Below, one piece after another: positions 20,801 to 28,500 of a stretch of 64,000 nucleotides of DNA. Both the position numbers and the translations under genes were made by a program. The stretch's first letter is position 1. Each line of letters begins with the position of its first letter. Source of the stretch: a virus; the IMG/VR virus record IMGVR_UViG_3300042988_001309, positions 30,094-94,093 of that record; one strand, given 5' to 3'. Below the pieces are notes generated by a model that saw nothing but the letters and a program-made list of their open reading frames with translations, did no database searches and was not told where the DNA came from.

Positions 20801-21392
20801 CGACTCCGGCGGTGAGCAATGGGGCGACGTGATCCCCGACCACCCGGCCGACCAGTACCGCACCGGCATCTGGCGTGGTGGCAACTCGGGGATGTCGGCC
20901 TACGGCGCTGGCGTCTACATGGCCATCGGCGTGCAGACGGGAGCCGCGGCCGTTGCCGACATGGCGAGCCGGGTGTCGACGGCTCGGACCTATTCGGGGA
21001 GTTCCAACACCTACAACTTCTCGACGCCCACCGCGGCGGCAACGGCGGCGGCCGACTACAAGGCCCGCAACCCGCACGCCTCGGTGACGGTGAGGGGGCT
21101 CCGGGTCGAGGTCAGCGACCAGCGCGTCATCCGGGGCACGATCAAGCGTGACGCCCGCCTGGTCCCCGGCGGTCAGGACCAAGCCGAGGTGCTCGGCAAA
21201 CAGCTCCAGGCCATGTTGCGCAAGGACCCCCGCTACAAGGACAACGACGCCCTCATCTCCGCTGTCGGCAACCCCGGCATCGCCGCCCCGCTGTATGGCT
21301 ACGACGGCTACAAGGCCAACGACGGCGCCGACTACTTCGTGCTCCACAACCGTGGGGCGATCCGCATCGTCGACAACGACATTAAGGTTTGA
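14850..21392 (+). CDS. 2180-aa giant protein with N-terminal RATLTRF motif and C-terminal ADP-ribosyltransferase-like domain
   Basis: long ORF with high GC3; C-terminus FARG (20784)...YGAGVYMA (20901)...GYDGY...YFVLHNR. Confidence 0.7.
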   Translation: MAFVWRWAPGEVKATVAGTANRFGNLGGSQINAAKLVSLVTRAAVPGRPGAAARATLTRFGYDAAGNPLSGQGPTVAQMAAAANVPGPNVPNAPSPSSPNAPGAPSTPNAPSAPSAPLPPPQPTAPNAPGPVSSSTPGPGAPSAAALPAMPSVPGSVAGANTVPVLDANGSPRPVMTVDKVDDFPTSNAIVDSSIILSDALTEVVTTMGGTYGDDTPENYTAVNAFVTEAAQTLVDLDLAANFDAGLGANHRPWPTADQLYTAVTRGYQAAWQSVAKLHGDTPSDQSTTDEVLTPGPGWHSPMTGRDYPGMPADVPLPDYFDNVTMGPEPTLPSGSPRPPLRLPDPNLPQRPTVIVNQDGRLFSLMASISSAFRTTYGKDSPERRIAIGAFLAETSQSATDFGFKPTGWGSFANGKSPTDEQLMVIADRGRRSAFQSVADFHDAQLAPAAVTERDDIYLPDRGEQTIKVNSLTDVVDDATLPYVEIPPSWGNGGPGAAKRPSDAELAWKFSLDYGAPGTVAQRLAYNTWAVWASKWRRNDPAKYRVLAMSTAEAQGIEENARFDMVTRVLAHPSTEAIAVPGSRSVQDTEHREWVELPAGAGAPDPRANPGKTYTAAGLRDGSDPYVPRPVGLARSGSAFDKLIDNPIDAEWMTSHGYPPDPVLLAVAQSAWADAVNERTFYAERRGYSVIPSINTIVLDAETDIARRLADAQWSRTQDPPVPINLGWGDGVKDDDYSVLTDPYLFGPNGRTGAKNLWDLNFDAWEKMGGDRSSVIARSTQLIADHKYAPDDVTPLLRTDFRRGSPAIDIPHDYLDAYLKTGGMDVARRDRSVLAQNDQFAMLSFTPDSAYAQWIAVDIAKRRVDGEATRHDDMIQARIDDATAQDLIAFAQGLAGVDVSDPTAPQYPAGRDTYIVALAAMGNQFDQLPKIISGNDIDAAKAAAVTAVKAASMAQLPGLEAALAFAKSGDPNDDYGWADLDAEYQAIKMAIGPAAARAYLAGGLSLVAQEGNTLAQPRDNARGVLARVLEARDAQTPLDPTLISALLAVNPELLPIQYRPVVRQPRVTLNLVGDPLPPVKVGLPIGGPDPASLMPSLDVTLPPPVALPAADADLSIPAGPDLTGTPPVQMLAEIEVGNRMAHANGEPRPWLMERAASALANAIEGYVWETWDGGPGSAHDQKFNTQQVDVPAGEAVIRLLSRDVTNFGMVTDVARQSATAEIVGKMVDSWNGDQYSFRYGSNKPPTGLSGPAMADVAINLVNKLLGDPGPDANPEPGRPNRGWVGRADSNMRMMMALAMVPKVRDDGTISGRGERLVFQALDTISKAQLNELGGRYDLTKLSMPSIDQLRGMKFFRPVAATYQRAVLNGDDPIAAVDALIDNIGPLNLAVTGSTSYDSPTQKLRFHDLMQQAGNGIVRAALPPHSSAPGTGANKWRFVMTGDLYVELGVDIGDPQATTIEFTMAWNAAMAKLDEYDKKYPGIKDSPEAFTSARLSGARKAMLNAAKKEWDALQNGSRKPLKLTDYSAVPRAKSPDPALDPQLAIIAPGSGPVVVPYWLDAKQLPNTKAYFDARGAAGDRGRKVAGREVSGALDARYANDPAGRADLDDLIGAVTVGLPGDKVGDVTLAAYSAAANPAAIHPLDAAYNAAAEMVMTYKLDRATADVNSQGDLPGLNDIESAISDDGNRAVISAIYRAQINANARPVVNTLVAAQTLVRHGQMNQSEYDSLVNVVQSTYRQRAMASSFAAARARIGAINTATYSGIAYDDPAVAHAMAKVAEFDIVADIPDESKVVATNAAIAVIAAADILNPGWEFDDDLKGQVWNAATDAANAAHELRSNGEPTSMVFNPDGALTFLGYGDRAPEQILDGTVHHVLARRSSHVMDVPVALDSHVNNGAYYVDDPLGVLADEALDETIKNMERGLPGSKLAANILRDDGGAVYDGLLQAIYLAQGYSVEPDIISESEWNLDVQSEFGFARGVGPADSGGEQWGDVIPDHPADQYRTGIWRGGNSGMSAYGAGVYMAIGVQTGAAAVADMASRVSTARTYSGSSNTYNFSTPTAAATAAADYKARNPHASVTVRGLRVEVSDQRVIRGTIKRDARLVPGGQDQAEVLGKQLQAMLRKDPRYKDNDALISAVGNPGIAAPLYGYDGYKANDGADYFVLHNRGAIRIVDNDIKV
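14886..15032 (+). repeat. RATLTRF motif copy 3
   Basis: EVK|ATVAGTANRFGNLGGSQINAAKLVSLVTRAAVPGRPGAAARATLTRFG. Confidence 0.95.
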
Positions 21393-21793
21393 GCCCCATG
21401 ATCGACGCACAGGCCCGCATCGCTTTCGGCCAGCGCCTCGACGAGGCCGCCAAGTGGCCGCCGCTGTGCTTCCACTTCGCCGGGTCGCCGTCATCGTTCA
21501 TCGGCCCTCGGGTCAACCTCGACGAGGGGACCATGACCGAGGACCTCGCCGCCGAGGTGGAGGCCGCCGAGCTGTACGCCCAGACGTGGACGGGCACCTA
21601 CGAACAGTTCCTCCACGACGTGTGGCGTCCGGCGTTCGACGAGTGGATGGACCTCAACGAGGCCGCCATCGAGGAACGGGCGCACGCCTACCGGCTCGCC
21701 GACGGCAAGCTCGACGACGAGGAGCGAGCGGCGCCGCTGGTGCGCCTCGATCGGCCGGGGCCCGTCATCGACCCCGACGACGAACTGTTCTGA
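21389..21793 (+). CDS. acidic hypothetical protein (candidate immunity protein)
   Basis: coupled to the stop of the giant gene (TTG 21389 or ATG 21398); very Asp/Glu-rich. Confidence 0.6.
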   Translation: MSPMIDAQARIAFGQRLDEAAKWPPLCFHFAGSPSSFIGPRVNLDEGTMTEDLAAEVEAAELYAQTWTGTYEQFLHDVWRPAFDEWMDLNEAAIEERAHAYRLADGKLDDEERAAPLVRLDRPGPVIDPDDELF

Positions 21794-21877
21794 GACGCGC
21801 AACAGGCCGACTCCGAGAGGTGCGCGCTCCGGGTCGGCCTGTTACTGGGCGGCCCCGGGGGGACGGGACACTGCCAG

Positions 21878-21953
21878 TGGCACCGACCGGATTTGAACCG
21901 GCGACCTCCTGGTTATGAGCCAGGCGAGCACATCCGAACTGCTCCACGGTGCG
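21878..21953 (-). tRNA. tRNA-Met(CAT), initiator-like
   Basis: CGCACCG-TG-GAGCAGTTCGGATGTGCTC-G-CCTGG-CTCATAA-CCAGG-AGGTC-GCCGG-TTCAAAT-CCGGT-CGGTGCC-A; 1:72 mismatch. Confidence 0.9.
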
Positions 21954-21975
21954 GGGTGCATCATGCCACAGAGGT

Positions 21976-22020
21976 TCTGGTCAAGGTGACTTGACCTAGA
22001 GGGATACCAGTCATTATGGT
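21976..22020 (+). promoter_or_regulatory. operator-overlapped promoter, leaderless start at 22027
   Basis: TCTGGTCAAG-gtga-CTTGACC; -35 21991-21996, 18 nt, -10 TATGGT 22015-22020, 6 nt, ATG. Confidence 0.75.
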
Positions 22021-22026
22021 GACCTC

Positions 22027-22398
22027 ATGACCACTTCCCAGAACCTCACCCCAGACACCAAGGTCGAGATCATGTTGATCGACGACGGCTACTACGGGGC
22101 CGCCGACGTGACGCTGGGCTCGCTCGATGCCTATCTGGACCTCCTCGCCATCAACGACCAACTCCTCCTCGCCCTCAACGACGGCCTCGGCCGCCATGAG
22201 TGGGTCCCGACCGAGCCGCTGGAGGCCCGCTCGGTGACCGTGGACGTGTGCATCAACGGCTGGGTCACCTGTGGCGGCAAGATCACCCTCGCCCGGGTCG
22301 TCGAGCTGGCCGCCGACCGCGGTGGCGCCGCCGATGCCCTCGCCGCCGCCGCTGCCGAGCTGCTCGACAGCCTCCCCGCTGAACGGCGCCAGTCATGA
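22027..22398 (+). CDS. hypothetical protein
   Basis: first gene behind the promoter. Confidence 0.65.
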   Translation: MTTSQNLTPDTKVEIMLIDDGYYGAADVTLGSLDAYLDLLAINDQLLLALNDGLGRHEWVPTEPLEARSVTVDVCINGWVTCGGKITLARVVELAADRGGAADALAAAAAELLDSLPAERRQS

Positions 22399-22922
22399 AG
22401 TCCAAGGACATCGAGGCCATCATCGGCCAGACCCGCATCATCCAGCCCCCCAACTCGACCTGGAAGCCGCCCACCATCGGGCGCATCCTCGGGGTCGGCT
22501 ACGACGCCGGGAACGGCTGGACCCGCTACGAGCCGCGCAAGCGCCCCGGCGCTCGGGGCATCTTGGTCGAGGTGCCCGACACCGGCTTCCACATCCCGGC
22601 GGACGAGCGCAACGCGCGGAGCCTGGACGGCCGCACCCGCAAAGAGGTCGTGCCCCCCGCCCACGTTCTGGCCGTGGACCCCGACACGTTCTGGGCCGAG
22701 CTGGACGCCCAGACCGAGCGCCAGCGGGCTCAGATGGACGCCGACAAGCGCTACATCCAGGACCTCGACGACGCCATGGAGCCCATCGTCGTCGCGCTGG
22801 CCGGGCTCGACATCGTGGCCTCACCCCAGGGCTACAACTCGCGCCTGACCATTTACCTGGACGCCGACAAGGCTCGCACCCTCGCCGACATCATCGCCCG
22901 AGGTCTGGCGGCCCAGTCGTGA
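22395..22922 (+). CDS. hypothetical protein
   Basis: ATGA-coupled. Confidence 0.65.
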   Translation: MKSKDIEAIIGQTRIIQPPNSTWKPPTIGRILGVGYDAGNGWTRYEPRKRPGARGILVEVPDTGFHIPADERNARSLDGRTRKEVVPPAHVLAVDPDTFWAELDAQTERQRAQMDADKRYIQDLDDAMEPIVVALAGLDIVASPQGYNSRLTIYLDADKARTLADIIARGLAAQS

Positions 22923-23167
22923 CCGAGGTGATCTCCGAGCTGGAGCGGGTCCGCAACCAGCGCAATATGTACCTGGAGATCGGCGAGCGGGCCATGCGCG
23001 AGCGTGACGCCGCCCAGGCCGTCATCGCCGAGGTCCGCAAGCTCCACCGCCGCATCGACCGGGTCCACAACGACGAGCCCGAGTCGGTGTGCGCCGTGTG
23101 TCGCGAGGAGTGGCCGTGCGACACGATCGCCCTGCTGCCCCCGATCGAGGGCGACGACGATGAGTGA
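22919..23167 (+). CDS. small actinophage-type protein with H...CxxC...WPC motif
   Basis: VRKLH...CAVCREEWPCDT. Confidence 0.65.
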   Translation: MTEVISELERVRNQRNMYLEIGERAMRERDAAQAVIAEVRKLHRRIDRVHNDEPESVCAVCREEWPCDTIALLPPIEGDDDE

Positions 23168-23450
23168 GACAAACGCCGACCACGTCCAGCGGGCTAGATC
23201 GGTTTACGTTGCCGACTGCTGTCCCTCATGTGCGTCGGTTGAACACCTCGCCTCGATTGTGTCGGCTCCTGGGGTGGTGGACCTCGACCCCGCACACACC
23301 GCCGAGATCCTGACGTGGCTAGTGGAACTAGGGCGTCTATCGATCGCCACCAAGTACACGACTGCGTGGGCGGCGTGGAGCAAGTTGTGGGATCACATCG
23401 ACACCTGCCCGCCCCATGTGGCCGAAGCACTCAGGAAGGTGACGTCATGA
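23160..23450 (+). CDS. hypothetical protein, atypical codon usage
   Basis: overlap-coupled ORF MSETNADH...; more A/T-ending codons than neighbours. Confidence 0.45.
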   Translation: MSETNADHVQRARSVYVADCCPSCASVEHLASIVSAPGVVDLDPAHTAEILTWLVELGRLSIATKYTTAWAAWSKLWDHIDTCPPHVAEALRKVTS

Positions 23451-23605
23451 GCGCCTTCGATCAGTTCGTCGCCGAGGCGCAACGGTTCGCTGGGCTCAGC
23501 GAGCAGAGGATTCGCGCCATGTTCTACAGCGAGGCCGAGGTCTACGCCACGCTCGCGCTCGTCAACGCCACCCTGGCCGTGGCGCACAAGGACGAGGCGC
23601 CCTGA
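23447..23605 (+). CDS. small hypothetical protein
   Basis: MSAFDQFV...; ATGA-coupled. Confidence 0.5.
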   Translation: MSAFDQFVAEAQRFAGLSEQRIRAMFYSEAEVYATLALVNATLAVAHKDEAP

Positions 23606-23748
23606 TGGCCGACGACATCGAGTGGGAGTACGAGAAGGCGATCCGGCGGGCCGAGGCCACCCACGACTCCGACCGCGCCCTGGAGCTGTCAATCGGCCTT
23701 GCGCAGTATCGAACGATGTTCAAACCGGGAGGACCAAGCGATGGCTGA
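23605..23748 (+). CDS. small hypothetical protein (below ORF-track cutoff)
   Basis: TGATG overlap; MADDIEWEYEKAIRRAE... Confidence 0.45.
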   Translation: MADDIEWEYEKAIRRAEATHDSDRALELSIGLAQYRTMFKPGGPSDG

Positions 23749-23871
23749 GTGTCGACCCATGCCCGCCAGGCAGACCTGGCTGTACGGCCCCGGCTATGTC
23801 CGGTTCCGGTCGCACGCCTATCACCGCCAGCTCAAGCGGGCGCGCACCTGGAAGATGCGCAGGAGGGCACG

Positions 23872-24123
23872 ATGACCCACCGAGACGACCTTGAAGCCGT
23901 GTTACTCGCCCTACCGAGGGCAACAGCGAAACACTCAGCCGACGCGGTGATCGAGTTCTACCGCAACCCCGAGCGCCTCATGGCCCTGATCCGCGAGGTC
24001 CGCGGCCCGGTCGAGGAAGTGTTCTCGTCGGGGGTCAACCTCTGGTCGAGCAAGTTCTTCACCACCCACCTGCCCGATGACCGCGCCACATTGCTCGCCC
24101 GACGTTGGATGGAGGGGACATGA
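23872..24123 (+). CDS. hypothetical protein
   Basis: AGGAGG RBS; MTHRDDLE... Confidence 0.55.
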   Translation: MTHRDDLEAVLLALPRATAKHSADAVIEFYRNPERLMALIREVRGPVEEVFSSGVNLWSSKFFTTHLPDDRATLLARRWMEGT

Positions 24124-24323
24124 GCGACACGGAAGTCCAATACGGCCGCCGCCTCGACTGCGCCATGAACGGCTGCAACCCGCCACACGGCGACGACGGC
24201 ACCACCTACGCGTGGCCCGAGACCTGGGGCGAGCCCGATGTGACCGAGCCGCTCCCGATCAACAACCACGCCGCCGTGTGGGTGAAGCGGACCATCGTCA
24301 TCAGTGACTGGGAGGAAGCGTGA
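24120..24323 (+). CDS. hypothetical protein
   Basis: GGAGG RBS, ATGA overlap. Confidence 0.55.
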   Translation: MSDTEVQYGRRLDCAMNGCNPPHGDDGTTYAWPETWGEPDVTEPLPINNHAAVWVKRTIVISDWEEA

Positions 24324-24754
24324 GCGCCGATCACCGCATCCATGTCACCGGCTGGGACGACGGCCCGGTGTACGAGCTGGAGTGCCTCCACGGCCCCGAC
24401 GAGTTCGTCCCGTACTACGAGCGACCCTCCGGCCCGTGCCGGTGCATCGAGGACTTCCCACCGGGCTGCACGATGTGCCTGCCGGTCGAGAACGACGACG
24501 ACCCGGACCACTACGGCTGTGAGAACTACGGCGAGGCCAACACCCTCGGCCCAGAGTGCCAGACCAACCCCGGAGCGCCCGGCGAGTGCTGGCTGACCGA
24601 CTTCTGGAACGAGCTGGGCACCGAGAACATCCACGGCGTCATGCACGGCCCCCCGCCGTGGGACATGGTCACCGAGGTCTCCGCCGACGAGTACCCCGAG
24701 ATGGGTCAAGACCCCGAGCAGGCCAAGGCCCGCCTCGACACGGCTGCGTCGTGA
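24320..24754 (+). CDS. Cys/acidic-rich hypothetical protein
   Basis: GGAGG RBS; 8 Cys. Confidence 0.6.
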   Translation: MSADHRIHVTGWDDGPVYELECLHGPDEFVPYYERPSGPCRCIEDFPPGCTMCLPVENDDDPDHYGCENYGEANTLGPECQTNPGAPGECWLTDFWNELGTENIHGVMHGPPPWDMVTEVSADEYPEMGQDPEQAKARLDTAAS

Positions 24755-24810
24755 ACCTCTGCCCGTCATGGGTCGGCCCCTACATCACCCCGAGCGAAAG
24801 GAAAGTTGAC

Positions 24811-25233
24811 ATGACCGATGGAGCCCACCTGGGCCTCACTGCCGAGGCCTCCCTCGATGCCGTGCTGGGAAACGCGCGCCCGAAAGAGAACAGTGGGATG
24901 AACCCCGTGGAGATGCGCGACTACCTGATGAGCCAGAACCAGCCTGATGGCTACTCCGGCACCGCCGCCTACTGCGCGCGTCTCCTGCTGGAGGCGTTCC
25001 TCACCGAGCCCACACTGGCTCGCCTGCCCGGCGACGACGTGTGGGACCACTCCGATGGTTTCGAGAACCGCAAGCTCGTCACCAAGGGCCTGTGGAGCAC
25101 GCTGAAAGAGCGGGGCTCGGAGATCGCCGAGCTGGACCTCACCGGCTTCATGTGGGGCTGGGCCGTCAATGCCGCCCGGTTCTGCGTCGAGCTGGAGCCC
25201 GTGGCGAACCCGGCGATCATCACTGTCACCTGA
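24811..25233 (+). CDS. hypothetical protein
   Basis: AAGGA RBS before MTDGAHL...; LTGFMWGWAVNAAR motif. Confidence 0.65.
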   Translation: MTDGAHLGLTAEASLDAVLGNARPKENSGMNPVEMRDYLMSQNQPDGYSGTAAYCARLLLEAFLTEPTLARLPGDDVWDHSDGFENRKLVTKGLWSTLKERGSEIAELDLTGFMWGWAVNAARFCVELEPVANPAIITVT

Positions 25234-25281
25234 GCCCGCCCATCAGAGTCATCGAGGTTGACCTGGTGCGATGATGGCGTC

Positions 25282-25572
25282 ATGCGGATCACCCTCGGGG
25301 CAGGACTGGAAGTGAAGGCCGGACCGCAAGGCGGGGCCGACCGCAACCGTGGGGGCGCCGAGCAACTGCGCCGCTACTGGACGGTCGGGCCCGGCGCGGC
25401 CCGTATCCGCTGGGGCACTCCCGGCGACTGGACGCGCTGCGTCCGCCAGCTCACCGAGCACATGGGCCCTCGCGCCCGTGGCTACTGCCAGCTCCGTCAT
25501 ATCGAGGCCACCGGCGTCGGGACCGGCTCCAAGCTGAACCCCGGCCGCCGCAAGGGCCGCAAGCGCGCGTGA
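25282..25572 (+). CDS. small head-module protein (LRRYW...IRWGTPGDWTRC...GYC domain)
   Basis: leaderless -10 GATGAT at 25270; resembles a domain I recall from actinophage head-maturation proteins; GLEVK|A site. Confidence 0.6.
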   Translation: MRITLGAGLEVKAGPQGGADRNRGGAEQLRRYWTVGPGAARIRWGTPGDWTRCVRQLTEHMGPRARGYCQLRHIEATGVGTGSKLNPGRRKGRKRA

Positions 25573-25573
25573 C

Positions 25574-28500
25574 ATGACCGCCGACCAGGGCCGCATCTTG
25601 GCCATGGCGATCCTGCTGGAGGGCGCGATCCGAGACGCTCCTGCCCTCCCCGGCAAGGGTCCGCTCGCCTCGATCGCCGAGGTCTACAACCGCCTGCTCG
25701 CCGACCCCTCCGATCGCTACGGCGGCCCGGCGTTGATCGAGTTCGTGCTCGACGCCGCCCGCCGTCATGGCGCTGCGGTGCCCGGCGGTGAGGGCAAGTC
25801 GATCGAGCAGAGGTTCGGCAACCGGGGCGGCAAGCTCACCCCCGACGGCCTGCTGCGCCTCACCTCCACCGCCCTGCTCCCCAACGACCGAGGCCGAGCG
25901 GCACGGGCCACCCTCACCCGCTTCACCGGCCGGGGCAAGCTCGACCTCCCCGACGGTGATCGCCGCCAGGTCGACCACGCCCAAGCCTCGACGCTGTTCA
26001 ACCGTGAGCGCCAGCGCAACCTGTTCGGCGCCCAGGCGGGCCATCTGTCGGCCGTGGAGATCGGCAAGCGGTTCACCCTGCCCGAGTCGTTCAAGGCCCG
26101 CGCCATCGGGGACCTGATCGCCCAGGACCCCTCCCGCGGCACCGAGTACGGCGGGACCGGCCGGTATCAAGACGGCTTCTACAGCGGCAACTGGAGCGTC
26201 GTGCTCGCCAACGCCCAGCGGCTCGACCCGAGCCTGGACGAGCGCTCCCCGGTCGGTGACGTGCTCGCCGCCTCCCAGCCGCCCGCCATCGGCTTCAACA
26301 ACCCCGAACAGGACCCCGCCTCGATCGCGCTGGCCGCCCGCCTCGCTGCCTCCGCCGACCCCGACGCCGAGCGCCGGGCATGGGCCACCGAGCAGGGCTG
26401 GACCGCCGAGGCCGGATACGTCGCCGCCCTCCAGGGCTGGTGGATCAACGACAGTTCCTCCCCGTGGGCCCAAGCGATGACGCTGGCCGCCGCTCAACGT
26501 CTCGGCGACCCGAGCGACATGGCCCGCTCGCTCAGTCACCTCCAGGCCAAGGCCGCCGAGTGGGAGCCCGGCACGCTGGTCGGCCAGGACATCCTCGACT
26601 CCGCCGAGGGCCCGGCGCTGCGCCAGGCCGTCATGGCCATCTATGACCACACCCAGGCCCGCCTCGCCGACTACGGGCTCCGGCCCGACGACCTGATCGA
26701 GCTGTACCGAGGGATCGGCCCCGACAACGAGATCCGCACCGGCGACACCGCCATCGCCGACCCGCTCACGTCGTGGTCGTCGAACCCCGCCGTGGCGTTG
26801 TCGTTCACCAAGGTCCGCCGCGGCGGATCGGTGCTCAGCGGCTCGGTGCCCGCCCGCTCGATCCTCATGCTCATCACCGACGCCACCGGCTACGGCGGGC
26901 TCCACTACGCGAAGTGGGAATGGCACCTCGACTCCCAAGAGGAGTTCGTGACCCTCGGTGGCCCGGTGAACGTGACGGTGACCAGGACCCAGGACCCGGT
27001 CGGGCTCCTGCACGGGTCGACCCCGGTCGAGTCGGTGATCGCCCGAGGTCCCGGCTTCAAGTCGGCCCGGCGCGAGGTGTACGTGGACGGCGACAACTGG
27101 ATGCACGTCGTGCGCTCCGCCATGCCGTCATCGGGCATGAAGGCCCGGTTCGGCAACGCCGGGACGGCCAAGCTGTCCGCCGCTCGCCTCGCCAGCTTGA
27201 TGGAGCGAGCCCCGACGAGCCCCCAGGCGCGAGCCACGCTCACCCGGTTCGGGATCGACTGGCATCGCCCGGCCGCTCCGGCCGCTCCGGCCAAGAACCC
27301 CGCCGTGCCGGAGCGCCTTGTCCTCGGCGTGCCCGGCTGGGACCAACAGTTCACCGCCCACCCCGAGGCGATCGAGCCGGTAATGCTGGCGCTGGAGGCC
27401 GAGGACCGCCTGCGCGCCTACGCCGCCAACGTCGGCACGGTCACCGACCGCTGGTCGGGCCGCTCCGAGGACTATCGGACCACCATCTTCAACAACGCCC
27501 AGTCGTTGCAGGCCGTCATGAAAGCGACGGTCAACGACCCGGACAACATGCCGGTCGATGTGGATTGGACCTCCGAGACCGTCGACATCGCCCACCAGAC
27601 ATGGGTCGACGCTCGCCCGTTCACCGACTGGTCCGTTCATGGCCCCGAGGACCGTTCGGCGTGGCTGCTCGCCGCGGCCAAGCGCCGGGTCTCGGGCGAG
27701 GACTGGGGCGTGGCGGTGACCAACGTGGCCCGCCGCCTGGCCGACGGCACGGCCCCCGAGGACACCTACGACCCCAACGACCAAGACGCCAACCAGCGGG
27801 CCGGGGTGACGAGGTACGACCCGTTCCTCGATCTCCAGCACGGCTGGGCGCTCTACAACGGTCTGCGCGACCCGGCGGTGACGACCCCCTCGCCCACCCC
27901 GCTGTATCGGGGCATGTCGTTCACCCCTGACGGCAAGGCCATCGCCGTCGGGGACCGGATCGACATCGCCGCCGCCTCGTTCTCCCTGTCGAGCGACGTG
28001 GCCGACTCGTTCGCCCTCGACCGCAACTTCGACGAGGAATCTCAGGTCGCCACCGATGACGAATCCCTCGCCGCCACCGATCGGATGCGAGCCGAGCACT
28101 ACCCCAACGCGTCGCGCGTCGTGTACGTCGCCGCCCCCGGCACCCCGGGCTTCGATGCCACCAGCTTCTCGGTGCGCGGCGAGCAGGAGTGGCTCGTTGG
28201 CGGCACGTTCACCGTGACCGCCATCGACGAGGGCGACCGCGTCCGCTACATCCACATCGCCCCCGCTGCCACCAAGGCCGCACGCCGGTGGCGGATGGAC
28301 CCCACCGACTTGCCCGCCGATCTGGACTGGCCGGTGCGGCCGTCATCGGGGATGAAGGCCCGTTTCGGCAACGCCCACTCCGCCAAGCTCACCCCGGCCC
28401 GCCTGGCCAGCCTGCTGTCGCGTGCGGCCACCAGCCCCCAGGCGCGAGCCACGCTCACCCGGTTCGGCGTGGATTGGCGCACCGGCGCCATCGCCAACCC

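Noticed and set aside
21878-21953. tRNA as prophage attachment site
   Set aside because: No integrase or duplicated tRNA 3' end in the window, and phage head genes continue on both sides
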